Source: Gammaproteobacteria bacterium (GTDB lineage Bacteria; Pseudomonadota; Gammaproteobacteria; GCA-002705445; GCA-002716945). From it: a stretch of DNA of 64,000 bases. A model generated the notes under the pieces. That model did no database searches, had not been told where the DNA came from, and saw nothing but the letters and a program-made list of their open reading frames with translations. Shown here piece by piece: positions 46,958 to 56,499 of this stretch (position 1 is its first letter; each line of letters starts with the position of its first letter). The stretch spans positions 74,305-138,304 of the forward strand of contig JABIVC010000013.1 of assembly GCA_018667355.1 (NCBI GenBank), written 5' to 3'. The position numbers and the translations under genes were made by a program.

Positions 46958-47031
46958 GGTCATGTAGCTCAGTTGGTTAGAGCACAGCACTCATAACGCT
47001 GGGGTCGGTGGTTCAAGTCCACCCTTGACCA
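46958..47031 (+). tRNA. tRNA-Met (CAT), elongator-like
   Basis: GGTCATGTAGCTCAGTTGGTTAGAGCAC...CTCATAA resembles E. coli elongator tRNA-Met. tRNA-Ile(LAU) cannot be fully excluded. Confidence 0.75.
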
Positions 47032-47216
47032 TATAAACATAATAAGTGTAGTTTTTGTTTTATGATTTTTAGGCTAATATTCTGTTATGAGCAATTATTT
47101 TATTTACATCTTTTCTTCCTATACAATAGTCATTCTTTTTATGGTTATAAATCTACTATTACTTTATAAGCAGTTCCAGCATACTAAGTCATCATTGAAG
47201 AAGAAAGTTTAGCTAT

Positions 47217-47681
47217 ATGAAAAAGAGAACCCTTAGAATCTATTATGTTTCCTTTATCCTAATATCATTAAGTATCATTTTTTTCTTATTCATTAAAACT
47301 TTTAATGAAAACCTTTTATTTTACAGAAGCCCGTCTCAGATAACTGTTGGTGAATTTCCACAAGACTATATATTTAGAGTTGGTGGTGTTGTATTAGATG
47401 GAACATTAGTAAAAAGCAAAAACTCAACAAATGTAAAATTTGCTATAACTGATTATGAAAAGGTTATTAATATTAGCTATAATGGAATTCTCCCCGATTT
47501 ATTTAGGGAAGGTCAAGGAGTGGTAATCAGAGGGAAGCTGGGAGATGATGGTGTTTTTTATGCTGAGGAGGTTTTAGCAAAACATGATGAGACATATATG
47601 CCACCAGAGATATCAGATAGCTTAAAAATGAAGGAAAAAACCATAGAAGATACGACAAAATCTATGAATATTTATCAATGA
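47217..47681 (+). CDS. ccmE: cytochrome c-type biogenesis heme chaperone CcmE
   Basis: N-terminal TM anchor then OB-fold region (FRVGGVV..GT); followed directly by ccmF. Confidence 0.8.
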   Translation: MKKRTLRIYYVSFILISLSIIFFLFIKTFNENLLFYRSPSQITVGEFPQDYIFRVGGVVLDGTLVKSKNSTNVKFAITDYEKVINISYNGILPDLFREGQGVVIRGKLGDDGVFYAEEVLAKHDETYMPPEISDSLKMKEKTIEDTTKSMNIYQ

Positions 47682-47682
47682 T

Positions 47683-49602
47683 ATGATTTCTTATATAGGA
47701 TCTTTTTTAATATTAATAGCGCTTTTAAATGCAAGTTTATTAGTTCTTGCCAGACCTATATTTTCTAAGATATCAAAAGATTATGACTCGTTAATTTTAT
47801 CTACGTCTAAGCTCCAGTTCCCATTAGTTTTAATTGCTTTCATATGCCTCATCGCTTCATTTGTAAATGATGATTTTTCATTGAGATATATTTCATCTAA
47901 TTCTAATTCGGCATTACCATTCTTCTATAAAATATCAGCTACTTGGGCAGGGCACGAAGGGTCTATGCTCTTATGGTGTCTTATCCTGAGTTTTTGGACA
48001 TTTATGGCAAGCATATATAGCAAATCATTAAACATTGAATTTAGAACAAAATTTCTATCAATTATGGGTTTTTTAAATTTAGGTTTCTTGCTTTTTTTAG
48101 TATTTACATCAAATCCTTTTGAAAAAAATATCTCTATTCCAATTGACGGCAAGGATCTGAATCCTTTGTTGCAAGATTTCGGATTAATTGTGCATCCACC
48201 AATGCTTTATATGGGATATGTAGGATTATCTGTTGTTTTTAGTTTCGCCGTAACTTGTCTTCTACAGAATGATTTCAAAAGAGAATGGGCTAGATGGGTT
48301 AGGCCCTGGGCATTAATATCATGGAGTTTCCTTACATTAGGAATAGCCCTGGGGAGCTGGTGGGCTTACTATGAATTAGGTTGGGGTGGATGGTGGTTTT
48401 GGGACCCCGTAGAGAATGCATCATTTATGCCATGGCTTGTAACTACAGCTTTAATTCACTCATTAATAACATGCGAACAGAAAGCAATGTTTAAAAATTG
48501 GACGATTCTACTCTCAATTATAGCTTTCTCGTTAAGCTTGTTAGGAACATTCTTAGTGAGATCGGGTATTCTTATTTCAGTACATTCTTTTGCAAACGAC
48601 CCTGCGCGTGGTGCTTTTATATTATTATTCTTAACTATAATTGTTGGAGGCTCACTTCTGATTTATTTTAAAAATGCACCTAAAATTCAAGATAATATCT
48701 CTTTTGATTTTTTTTCTAGAGAAAGTTTCTTTCTAATAAATAATATTTTGCTTGTAACTGCAACATTTACAATATTATTAGGAACTATATATCCTTTGCT
48801 TTTAGATTTATTAGGGCTTGAAAAGATATCTGTTGGTGTTCCGTACTATAATGCTGTATTTCTTCCAATTATGACACCATTAGTCCTCCTTGCAGGATAC
48901 ATCCCTATAATGTTTTCCTCAAAGAGTAAGAATAAAAAATATATGATTTCCCATTTATTGCTAAGCTTTCTAATCGTAATACTTTTTACTTTATTCAGTA
49001 TATATTTTTTAGATAACTATAATATAAGTATACTCCTCGGTATTTTTATATTTATATGGATATCATTCAATATAATATACGATTTAATTATGAAGATTTA
49101 TTTTTCTAATATAAAGAAAATATCCTTTTCAAATATAGGAATGATGTTTGCTCACTTAGGATTAGCTGTTTTTATCTTAGGAGCAACGATTGTTGAGAAT
49201 AATAAAGTTGAAAAGGAAGTTGTTATAAAAATTGGAGATACAATACAAGTTAAAGACTATACTTTTGAGTTTAAAAACATCAGTGAATATGAAGGTCCTA
49301 ATTATCAAGGAATTATGGCTAAGTTTTTAGTCTATGAAAATAATAATTTATTAACAGAGCTTTATCCAGAAAAAAGAATATATGCATCTAATAATATGCC
49401 AATGACAGAAGCTGGTATAGATCCAGGACTTAGTAGAGATTTGTATATAACATTAGGTACTCTTATCAATGATGATGTATGGTCTGTGAGAATATATCAT
49501 AAACCTCTTATTAGGCTTATATGGTTAGGAGCCCTAATGATGGTATTTGGTGGAATCCTCAGTGTTCTCTATAAGAGAAAGAATCTTGCCTTTTCGAGAT
49601 GA
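47683..49602 (+). CDS. ccmF: cytochrome c-type biogenesis protein CcmF
   Basis: 639-aa polytopic protein with the WWFWDPVENAS WWD-domain motif. Confidence 0.88.
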   Translation: MISYIGSFLILIALLNASLLVLARPIFSKISKDYDSLILSTSKLQFPLVLIAFICLIASFVNDDFSLRYISSNSNSALPFFYKISATWAGHEGSMLLWCLILSFWTFMASIYSKSLNIEFRTKFLSIMGFLNLGFLLFLVFTSNPFEKNISIPIDGKDLNPLLQDFGLIVHPPMLYMGYVGLSVVFSFAVTCLLQNDFKREWARWVRPWALISWSFLTLGIALGSWWAYYELGWGGWWFWDPVENASFMPWLVTTALIHSLITCEQKAMFKNWTILLSIIAFSLSLLGTFLVRSGILISVHSFANDPARGAFILLFLTIIVGGSLLIYFKNAPKIQDNISFDFFSRESFFLINNILLVTATFTILLGTIYPLLLDLLGLEKISVGVPYYNAVFLPIMTPLVLLAGYIPIMFSSKSKNKKYMISHLLLSFLIVILFTLFSIYFLDNYNISILLGIFIFIWISFNIIYDLIMKIYFSNIKKISFSNIGMMFAHLGLAVFILGATIVENNKVEKEVVIKIGDTIQVKDYTFEFKNISEYEGPNYQGIMAKFLVYENNNLLTELYPEKRIYASNNMPMTEAGIDPGLSRDLYITLGTLINDDVWSVRIYHKPLIRLIWLGALMMVFGGILSVLYKRKNLAFSR

Positions 49603-49606
49603 ATAA

Positions 49607-50131
49607 ATGAATATTAAAATCTCATCAGTTATTTTTATTATATTTATAATGATTCTTTTTTTTGGCTTATTTGTAGATACAAGAGTTATACGGTCACCAT
49701 TAATTGGGAAAAAATTACCCAACTATGAATTAATTGAATTAAACACTGGGTATAAAACAGATATATCTATGTTGCCAGGTGAAACACTTTTATTAAATGT
49801 ATGGGCTAGCTGGTGTTTGGAGTGCATCAGAGAACATCGTGTATTAATGGACATATCTAAAGATCAAAAAATAAGTATAATTGGCGTGAATTATAAAGAT
49901 GAGAAAAATGATGCAATTGGATGGTTAGAAATCTATGGAAACCCATATATTTATAATATATATGATTATGCGGGTCAGCTTGGTTTAGATTTAGGTGTAT
50001 ATGGAGTACCTGAAACATTTTTAGTAGATAAAAATAGAGTGATTAGAGCAAAATATATCGGAGCTATCACAATTGAAATTTATAAGGAAGAAATATTACC
50101 AATGATTGAGAAGATAAATGAAAATATTTAA
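49607..50131 (+). CDS. ccmG: thiol:disulfide interchange protein CcmG/DsbE
   Basis: WASWCLEC (CxxC) and a TM anchor. Confidence 0.8.
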   Translation: MNIKISSVIFIIFIMILFFGLFVDTRVIRSPLIGKKLPNYELIELNTGYKTDISMLPGETLLLNVWASWCLECIREHRVLMDISKDQKISIIGVNYKDEKNDAIGWLEIYGNPYIYNIYDYAGQLGLDLGVYGVPETFLVDKNRVIRAKYIGAITIEIYKEEILPMIEKINENI

Positions 50132-50492
50132 ATATTTTATGAATCTTGCAATACTTTTATGTCTTGTTCAATCCATGACGTTTGCTGATATAAAAAATAA
50201 TGATATTTTATATAATCAGTTAATAACGGAAATAAGATGTATGGTTTGTCAAAATCAGAATATTGCTGAGTCAGAAGCTCCATTAGCAATTGATTTAAGA
50301 AATAAAGTAAGAGAGATGATAGATGAGGGAAAGGACAAAGATTATATTAAAAAATATCTATCTGAGAGATACAGTGATTTTATATTATATGACCCTCCAT
50401 TCTCACCAAGAAATTTAATATTATGGATTGGCCCATTCTTGTTCTTGATAATTATAAGCTTTTATTTTTTTCGGAAAAGTTTAAAAAGATGA
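50118..50492 (+). CDS. ccmH: cytochrome c-type biogenesis protein CcmH
   Basis: IRCMVCQNQ (LRCxxC) motif. Confidence 0.7.
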   Translation: MKIFKYFMNLAILLCLVQSMTFADIKNNDILYNQLITEIRCMVCQNQNIAESEAPLAIDLRNKVREMIDEGKDKDYIKKYLSERYSDFILYDPPFSPRNLILWIGPFLFLIIISFYFFRKSLKR

Positions 50493-51451
50493 TTTACTTA
50501 ACTCTAATATTTATATCTATAATATATTTTTTACTATTATATAAAAACTATGGTGAAAGCCTAAGATTAAAAAAAAATAGTATTAATATGAATATAATAT
50601 TCATTATTCTATTTTTTGGCATAGTAGGACTTTTTTTCAAAGACTCAGGGATATTAAATAAAAAGGGATATGATGAGATATTAGAAAAACATCAACAAAT
50701 TCGAAATAATATAGTTACCATTAAAGAGAATATACCTATACTTAGAGCAAAACTAATTGAAGAGCCTGAATATTATGAAGGTTGGGTTATGTTAGCAAAA
50801 TCTTATATAATTACAGATGATCTTTTATCATCTATAGACTCTTATGAGATGGCCATGTCGATAAATACAGATGACAATTCTGTTTTAATAGAGTACATAG
50901 ATATTTTAAGAAAAATTGACCCTAAGTCGAATAAGACTAAAATAATTAAAAGTTTTGATAAACTGATTTCATCAAATCCATCTGATATTGGTATTTATAA
51001 TATGAAGTTAAACTATTCTGTCGAAATTAATGATTCTAATCTGACCAAGAATATCTTACAAGATATTATAAACGATAAATCAATTATAAATAAAGATGCA
51101 TATATTCAGGCATTAAATAAACTAAATTTATCAGCAAATAAATTCTCTTTTGAAATAACACTTTCTGACAAGATATTTAATGACTTAAGATCATCATCAT
51201 ATATTTATTTTATTTTAAGAGATAAAATTATAGGGCCACCTTTTGCTGTAAAAAGAATTCAAAATATTAACTTAGGTAAGAAAATAACTCTAACATCCCA
51301 AGATAAGATGATCAGAGAATTAGAGCCCCCTGAAAATATTATATTAGAGATTAAAGGGAGTCAGAATAACGTTGTAGATGATAATATGGTGGAGCTTCAT
51401 AAGTCTAAAATATTAGACTTTCATTCTAGTGTCTATTATGAAATTGATTAG
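50489..51451 (+). CDS. ccmI: cytochrome c-type biogenesis protein CcmI-like (TM plus TPR-like)
   Basis: Position after ccmH with an ATGA start/stop overlap; N-terminal TM helix. Weak sequence signal. Confidence 0.45.
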   Translation: MIYLTLIFISIIYFLLLYKNYGESLRLKKNSINMNIIFIILFFGIVGLFFKDSGILNKKGYDEILEKHQQIRNNIVTIKENIPILRAKLIEEPEYYEGWVMLAKSYIITDDLLSSIDSYEMAMSINTDDNSVLIEYIDILRKIDPKSNKTKIIKSFDKLISSNPSDIGIYNMKLNYSVEINDSNLTKNILQDIINDKSIINKDAYIQALNKLNLSANKFSFEITLSDKIFNDLRSSSYIYFILRDKIIGPPFAVKRIQNINLGKKITLTSQDKMIRELEPPENIILEIKGSQNNVVDDNMVELHKSKILDFHSSVYYEID

Positions 51452-52146
51452 TAAGTAATTCTATCATCAAAAACAAAGCAGTCACCCTCCCATCTACCCT
51501 TATCTTTATTTTTATCTAAATAATTAATTATACCTCCTTTAAGCTGAAAAACATTTTTAAAGCCTAATTTATCTAAAGCTATACTGGCTTTTTCACATCT
51601 AATTCCACCCGTGCAAAATATAGCAATATCTTTTTCTTTATCTAAGTCTTTAGCCTCTTTGAGTGACTTATTCAAATCACTAAAATTTAAAAGATCCAGA
51701 CTTTTTGAATTTTTAAAAGTACCCATTAAATATTCAAATCTATTTCTCATATCAATTATAATAGGTTCACGCCCTAGCAGTTTGTCCCAATCATCTGGCT
51801 CTAACGATTTATTCTTAAATACTTTTTCTTCAGTAGCAGAAAATCCTGCCTTTATGATCTCATCTTTTACTTTTACTTTTAGTTTTGTAAATACTTTTTC
51901 CTTAATCATCGATTCATTAAAATGTATATTTCCTAAATCTAATAACCCAATGATATAGCTTTTGACTAGTTCTATATTTTTAGATGACCCACACATATTT
52001 GCATTAATACCCTCATTAGCAATAAGCACTGTTCCTAATATATTTAACTCTTTCAAATAATTAAATATGTCAAATCTGATTCTATCGGTATCATTAATTT
52101 TTATAAATTTATAAAAACTAACCACTCTATCTATTTTTTCATGCAT
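51448..52146 (-). CDS. trhO: tRNA uridine(34) hydroxylase TrhO (YceA/UPF0176, rhodanese-like)
   Basis: YceA-type architecture: an N-terminal region then a rhodanese domain with FCTGGIRCEKAS. Confidence 0.75.
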   Translation of the reverse strand: MHEKIDRVVSFYKFIKINDTDRIRFDIFNYLKELNILGTVLIANEGINANMCGSSKNIELVKSYIIGLLDLGNIHFNESMIKEKVFTKLKVKVKDEIIKAGFSATEEKVFKNKSLEPDDWDKLLGREPIIIDMRNRFEYLMGTFKNSKSLDLLNFSDLNKSLKEAKDLDKEKDIAIFCTGGIRCEKASIALDKLGFKNVFQLKGGIINYLDKNKDKGRWEGDCFVFDDRITY

Positions 52147-52799
52147 AATGTCATCCCATCATAAATTGTTATAAGACAATGACTCACTCTTTGGTCTTTA
52201 GATATAAAGCTATTAAGCGATTTGATAGATTTAGTGCTAGAGGAATTGTCATCTTTGTCTAAAACCTTCCCTTTCCAAATTGTATTATCTATAATAATTA
52301 TTCCACCCGACCTAACTAGCTTAAGAGATTTTTCATAATAGTCTAAATATCTACTTTTGTCAGCATCTATGAACACAAAATCAAATGAATTCTCATGGTT
52401 ATTCGTAATAAAACCATTTAGGGTGTCAATTGCATTACCTAATATCAGCTCAATTTTATTAGTAAGATTAGCTTTATCCCAATATTTCTTTGCGATATCC
52501 GTAAACTCTTTAGATTTTTCTAAAGCAAATAATTTTCCGTTTTCAGGCATAGCACTTGCAATACAAATAGAACTATACCCAGTAAAAACTCCTATTTCAA
52601 TACACCTAGTAAATTTACCTAGCTTAATAATCATCTCTATCAATGCACCTTGCGTTGCTCCAATTTGCATTATTGAGACATCACCAAGTTTTGCCGTTTC
52701 GTCACGGAGCTCTTTTAGAATGTTTGATTCTTTATAACCAATTGAATCTATATACTTACATAACTGATTTGGGTCTAGCTGAGTATCTTTGTTTTTCAT
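52131..52799 (-). CDS. class I SAM-dependent O-methyltransferase (family 3, caffeoyl-CoA OMT / TrmR(YrrM)-like)
   Basis: 222 aa; IEIGVFTGYSSICIA SAM motif. Overlaps trhO by 16 nt. Confidence 0.7.
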   Translation of the reverse strand: MKNKDTQLDPNQLCKYIDSIGYKESNILKELRDETAKLGDVSIMQIGATQGALIEMIIKLGKFTRCIEIGVFTGYSSICIASAMPENGKLFALEKSKEFTDIAKKYWDKANLTNKIELILGNAIDTLNGFITNNHENSFDFVFIDADKSRYLDYYEKSLKLVRSGGIIIIDNTIWKGKVLDKDDNSSSTKSIKSLNSFISKDQRVSHCLITIYDGMTLCMKK

Positions 52800-53384
52800 C
52801 TATTGTTTAATTGCTTCAAACTCAATGATTAAATCTATTTGGTTGCCAACACCATTCTCTCCAACGGCATAATCCATCCCAAAGTCTGAACGGTTAAAAC
52901 TTGCTGTTGCAGATACACCCATGACTATTGGCTTAGTAAAACCAAAAGGATATTCTTTGATTTTATTGACAGTGGTATTTAAAATAATTTCTCTCGATAT
53001 ACCTAGCAATGTTAATCTACCTGTAATTTTACCAGGATTTTTATTCAGATCATTATGCTTCGCTTTAAAAGTCATTACAGGAAAACGCTCTACATCAAGA
53101 AAATCTGGACTTCTTAAATGTGCATCTCTTTTTTCATGATTGGTAAATACACTGGATGTATCAATAAAAATTTCTACATTAGAAAGTAATTTCTTATCTT
53201 GATCATAAATAAATGAACCATTGACTTTTTTGAACATACCAAGTGTTTTTGCATAACCAGCATGTTCTACCAAAAAACCTAAGCTAAAATGAGACTCATC
53301 AATCACATAATCGGCATCTTTAGCAATCACTAGTTGTGTGAAACAAATACCTATAATAAAACTTAATGCTCTATATATATTCAT
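52800..53384 (-). CDS. yceI: YceI-family periplasmic (polyisoprenoid-binding) protein
   Basis: Signal peptide plus YceI-like lipocalin-type core (FSLGFLVEH, TLLGIS). Confidence 0.75.
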   Translation of the reverse strand: MNIYRALSFIIGICFTQLVIAKDADYVIDESHFSLGFLVEHAGYAKTLGMFKKVNGSFIYDQDKKLLSNVEIFIDTSSVFTNHEKRDAHLRSPDFLDVERFPVMTFKAKHNDLNKNPGKITGRLTLLGISREIILNTTVNKIKEYPFGFTKPIVMGVSATASFNRSDFGMDYAVGENGVGNQIDLIIEFEAIKQ

Positions 53385-54099
53385 CTTCTTTTCTCATATA
53401 TAACCAAAGTATATCCTTTGCAAAAGAAAAAGTAATGACAAATAATGATATCATTACAAAAAAAACCAATAAAGTATCTTTTACATATTGACTATGACAA
53501 AATATAAGTATGAATGTTGATAATACACAGCTAAGCTTTCTATAATAACTCCTAGGAAGTTTTCGTTTCATCCATTTATATTTCATCATAAATACTAGGA
53601 ATATATATCTATAAAAGGGTATCAAAAAAACTATAACACTTGTGTCTTTATTCAAGTATAAAGAAGTACAAAGAGTTAGGATTAACAAAGTATCAGCATC
53701 TTGATCAAAAACCTCTCCAAAATTACATTGTTCATTGAATCTCCTGGCCAGATACCCATCTATACCATCAAGACATAGAGCTATCAAAGCTAATATGGCA
53801 AAATAGTCCTCGAGATAGAATTTATTAAAAATATTTTGATCTGTTAGAGCATTAAATGATATAGATAAGAGAATTATTGATATCACTATCCTCAAGTAAG
53901 TTATGAAAGATGCATATGCAAATATATTTTCTTTAAAGTAATTAAATATATAAAATATAAGAATTGAAATAATTAAAAATATTACTGTATTTTGTAGTAC
54001 TATTAACAGTGTTAGGTCATTATATAAAATAACACCAAGCAATGTTATTAGGGCTAGATATGCTTTCAAAGTAGTTTTTAGTACGAATACATTAATCAT
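53371..54099 (-). CDS. CDP-alcohol phosphatidyltransferase family membrane protein
   Basis: DGIDGYLARR...G...DQDADTL matches the D-G-x2-A-R-x8-G-x3-D-x3-D signature; polytopic. Confidence 0.7.
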   Translation of the reverse strand: MINVFVLKTTLKAYLALITLLGVILYNDLTLLIVLQNTVIFLIISILIFYIFNYFKENIFAYASFITYLRIVISIILLSISFNALTDQNIFNKFYLEDYFAILALIALCLDGIDGYLARRFNEQCNFGEVFDQDADTLLILTLCTSLYLNKDTSVIVFLIPFYRYIFLVFMMKYKWMKRKLPRSYYRKLSCVLSTFILIFCHSQYVKDTLLVFFVMISLFVITFSFAKDILWLYMRKEDEYI

Positions 54100-54119
54100 A
54101 AATAATACTTAAGTGTAAT

Positions 54120-55103
54120 ATGAAAAAAATAAACACACAATCATTCTGGATTAAGAAAAAAAATGATAGTTATATTAGAAATCATTCTATTAATATATCT
54201 AACAAAAGTGAACTATTAATTCAGACAATATATAGTGGTATAAGTTATGGAACCGAGAAGATTGTTTATACTGGAGCTGTCCCTGATAGTCAGAAAGAAC
54301 TAATGCGGTGCCCATATCAAGAGGGTAATTTCGGATCAGATGTTAAATATGGATATATGAATATAGGTAAAGTTATTGATGGAATCTCTAATTTCAAAGG
54401 CAAATATGTTTACACACTATTTCCTCATCAAACATTTTATATGTTAAATAAATCTGAGGTTACTTTAATCCCAAAAACAATCCCACTTAAAAGATGCTTG
54501 TTATCAGCTAACATGGAGACTGCAATAAATGGTATGTGGGACACACTACCATCATGTGGTGATAAAATCTTGGTTGTAGGTTCTGGTGTAGTTGGTTTCT
54601 TAATGGCGTATTTATTAAAATCTATACCTGGTTGTGAAATATTACTTGTCGATAGTGATTCAAAAAAAAGTAAATATTCAAAAATCTTTGATATTAATTT
54701 TAAGAATAAAATACCTAATAATTATAAAGCAAATATTATCTATGAGTGTTCAGGCAATGCAAATATCCTAAATAGCCTTAGCAAGCATGTAAAAGAAGAA
54801 GCTACTATTTGCATATTAAGCTGGTATGGAAATAATGTTTCTAAAGTGAAATTTGGAGAAGAATTTCTGTCAAAGAGAATTAAACTTATTTTTTCTCAGG
54901 TATCTAAAGTTTCACAAAATAGAAACAAATACTGGGATAATGTACAAAGAAGAGAGTTAGCAATTAGCATGCTAAATGATGATAGATTGGATAATTTGAT
55001 AGAAAGAAAAATGATAAAGTTCAATGAGCTTCCTGTATTTTTTTCTCAGATAAAGAAGGAGCAGGGCTTCTTCTGTAAAGTAGTAGATTATGGAGATAAC
55101 TGA
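54120..55103 (+). CDS. zinc-less medium-chain dehydrogenase/reductase, BchC-like
   Basis: SGISYGTEKIVYTG aligns to the BchC HSGISTGTEKLLWTG motif where zinc-ADHs have CGxCxxDxH. Rossmann VVGSGVVGFLMAYLL. Confidence 0.6.
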   Translation: MKKINTQSFWIKKKNDSYIRNHSINISNKSELLIQTIYSGISYGTEKIVYTGAVPDSQKELMRCPYQEGNFGSDVKYGYMNIGKVIDGISNFKGKYVYTLFPHQTFYMLNKSEVTLIPKTIPLKRCLLSANMETAINGMWDTLPSCGDKILVVGSGVVGFLMAYLLKSIPGCEILLVDSDSKKSKYSKIFDINFKNKIPNNYKANIIYECSGNANILNSLSKHVKEEATICILSWYGNNVSKVKFGEEFLSKRIKLIFSQVSKVSQNRNKYWDNVQRRELAISMLNDDRLDNLIERKMIKFNELPVFFSQIKKEQGFFCKVVDYGDN

Positions 55104-55105
55104 TT

Positions 55106-55504
55106 ATGTATGAAGTGACAGTAAGAGATAACTTGTTTATAGCACATAGTCTGCAAGATGATTTTTTCGGCCCAGCAAAAAATCTTCATGGAGCCACTTA
55201 TGTTATTGATTTAATATTAAGTAGTCGTGAAATGACTGATAAAAATGTTGTTATAGATATAGGGCTTGCATCCAACTTGCTGCACAAGTGCATTGAAGTC
55301 TATAATTATAAAAATTTAGATGACATAGATTCATTATCAGGAGTAATAACAACCACAGAATTTATGGCAAAGAAGCTAACTACTGACTTTATAAGTCTGT
55401 TAGAAAAAGAACAATTTGATATTTCTAGGCTTTATTCGATAAAGATGATTCTAAATGAGTCACATATAGCCTCAGCATCTTATGAACAAATAATTAATGA
55501 ATGA
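55106..55504 (+). CDS. PTPS/QueD-family T-fold protein with degenerate active site
   Basis: FIAHSL...NLHGATY aligns to QueD AAHRL...CGRLHGHSF. Third zinc His is Ala, and no catalytic Cys. Confidence 0.55.
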   Translation: MYEVTVRDNLFIAHSLQDDFFGPAKNLHGATYVIDLILSSREMTDKNVVIDIGLASNLLHKCIEVYNYKNLDDIDSLSGVITTTEFMAKKLTTDFISLLEKEQFDISRLYSIKMILNESHIASASYEQIINE

Positions 55505-56499
55505 GAAAAATCTATTTCATTTATCCTGAATTTGGAAACATTACTACTGGTGGAACACTATACGATTTCTATCTATGTAAATATTTAAAAAAAATATTTA
55601 TTTATCATCAGAGCATAACCGTCAATCATGATATATCAAATATTAAGATTTTTAGGAAAATTAAGAGCATTCCAAAAGATTCTATTATCATAATAGATGG
55701 GTATTTAGCAAATAGGATTAAATATCTTTTGAAAAAATATAATAATATCCATTTACTGGTTCATCACCCTTGTTCTCTAGAGGACCCTGCTGACACTACA
55801 TCCAGTCTTAGATTATTCTTCAATGAAAAAATTGCTTTTACTCATGCACAATCTATTACTACTGTAAGTAAATATATGAAATCAAGAATTAGTAGATATC
55901 TAAATAGAAGTTCTAAGATAAGTGTAGTTTATCCTGGTATTAGAGAGTGCTTCTTTAATTGTAAAACTGATGTTGAATCTATAGACATTCTTTCAATTGG
56001 AAACCTAATCCCAAGGAAAGGATTTGAGTGGTTAGTAGAATCATTAAGTAGATTAAATATTGATTGGCATTTAAACATCATAGGAAGTTATAGCATTGAT
56101 AACAACTATTATGAAAAGGTAACAAATCTAATTAGAAAGCATAAATTAGAGGATAAGATAACTTTTTTAGGAACAGTTGAAAAGAATGTTATGCTAGATT
56201 ATATGCAAAACTCCAAGCTATTTGTTCTTGCGACACATTATGAGGGTTTTGGTATGGCATTGCTTGAGTCTTCTATTTCTGGCCTCAAAGTTATTACTAC
56301 AGATTTACCAGTATTAAGAGAAGTTTTAAGAAATAGGGATGTTGATTTTGTTGAAGAGGATAATATTGACTCTTTAGCAAAATGTATAGAATATAATTTA
56401 AGCCATACTCATTCTTTGCCAATAACTTCTTGTACAGAAAAATATGGATGGAAGAGGGCCGCTAGAAACTTTAAGATGGTGTTATATGGAAAAAGATAA
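55501..56499 (+). CDS. glycosyltransferase family 4 (GT1-fold)
   Basis: HYEGFGMALLESSISGLKVITTD (E-x7-E motif). Confidence 0.75.
   Translation: MRKIYFIYPEFGNITTGGTLYDFYLCKYLKKIFIYHQSITVNHDISNIKIFRKIKSIPKDSIIIIDGYLANRIKYLLKKYNNIHLLVHHPCSLEDPADTTSSLRLFFNEKIAFTHAQSITTVSKYMKSRISRYLNRSSKISVVYPGIRECFFNCKTDVESIDILSIGNLIPRKGFEWLVESLSRLNIDWHLNIIGSYSIDNNYYEKVTNLIRKHKLEDKITFLGTVEKNVMLDYMQNSKLFVLATHYEGFGMALLESSISGLKVITTDLPVLREVLRNRDVDFVEEDNIDSLAKCIEYNLSHTHSLPITSCTEKYGWKRAARNFKMVLYGKR

Noticed and set aside
47032-47216. Possible integration or island boundary downstream of tRNA-Met.
   Set aside because: No integrase, direct repeat of the tRNA 3' end or foreign-looking genes follow. The next genes are core ccm genes.
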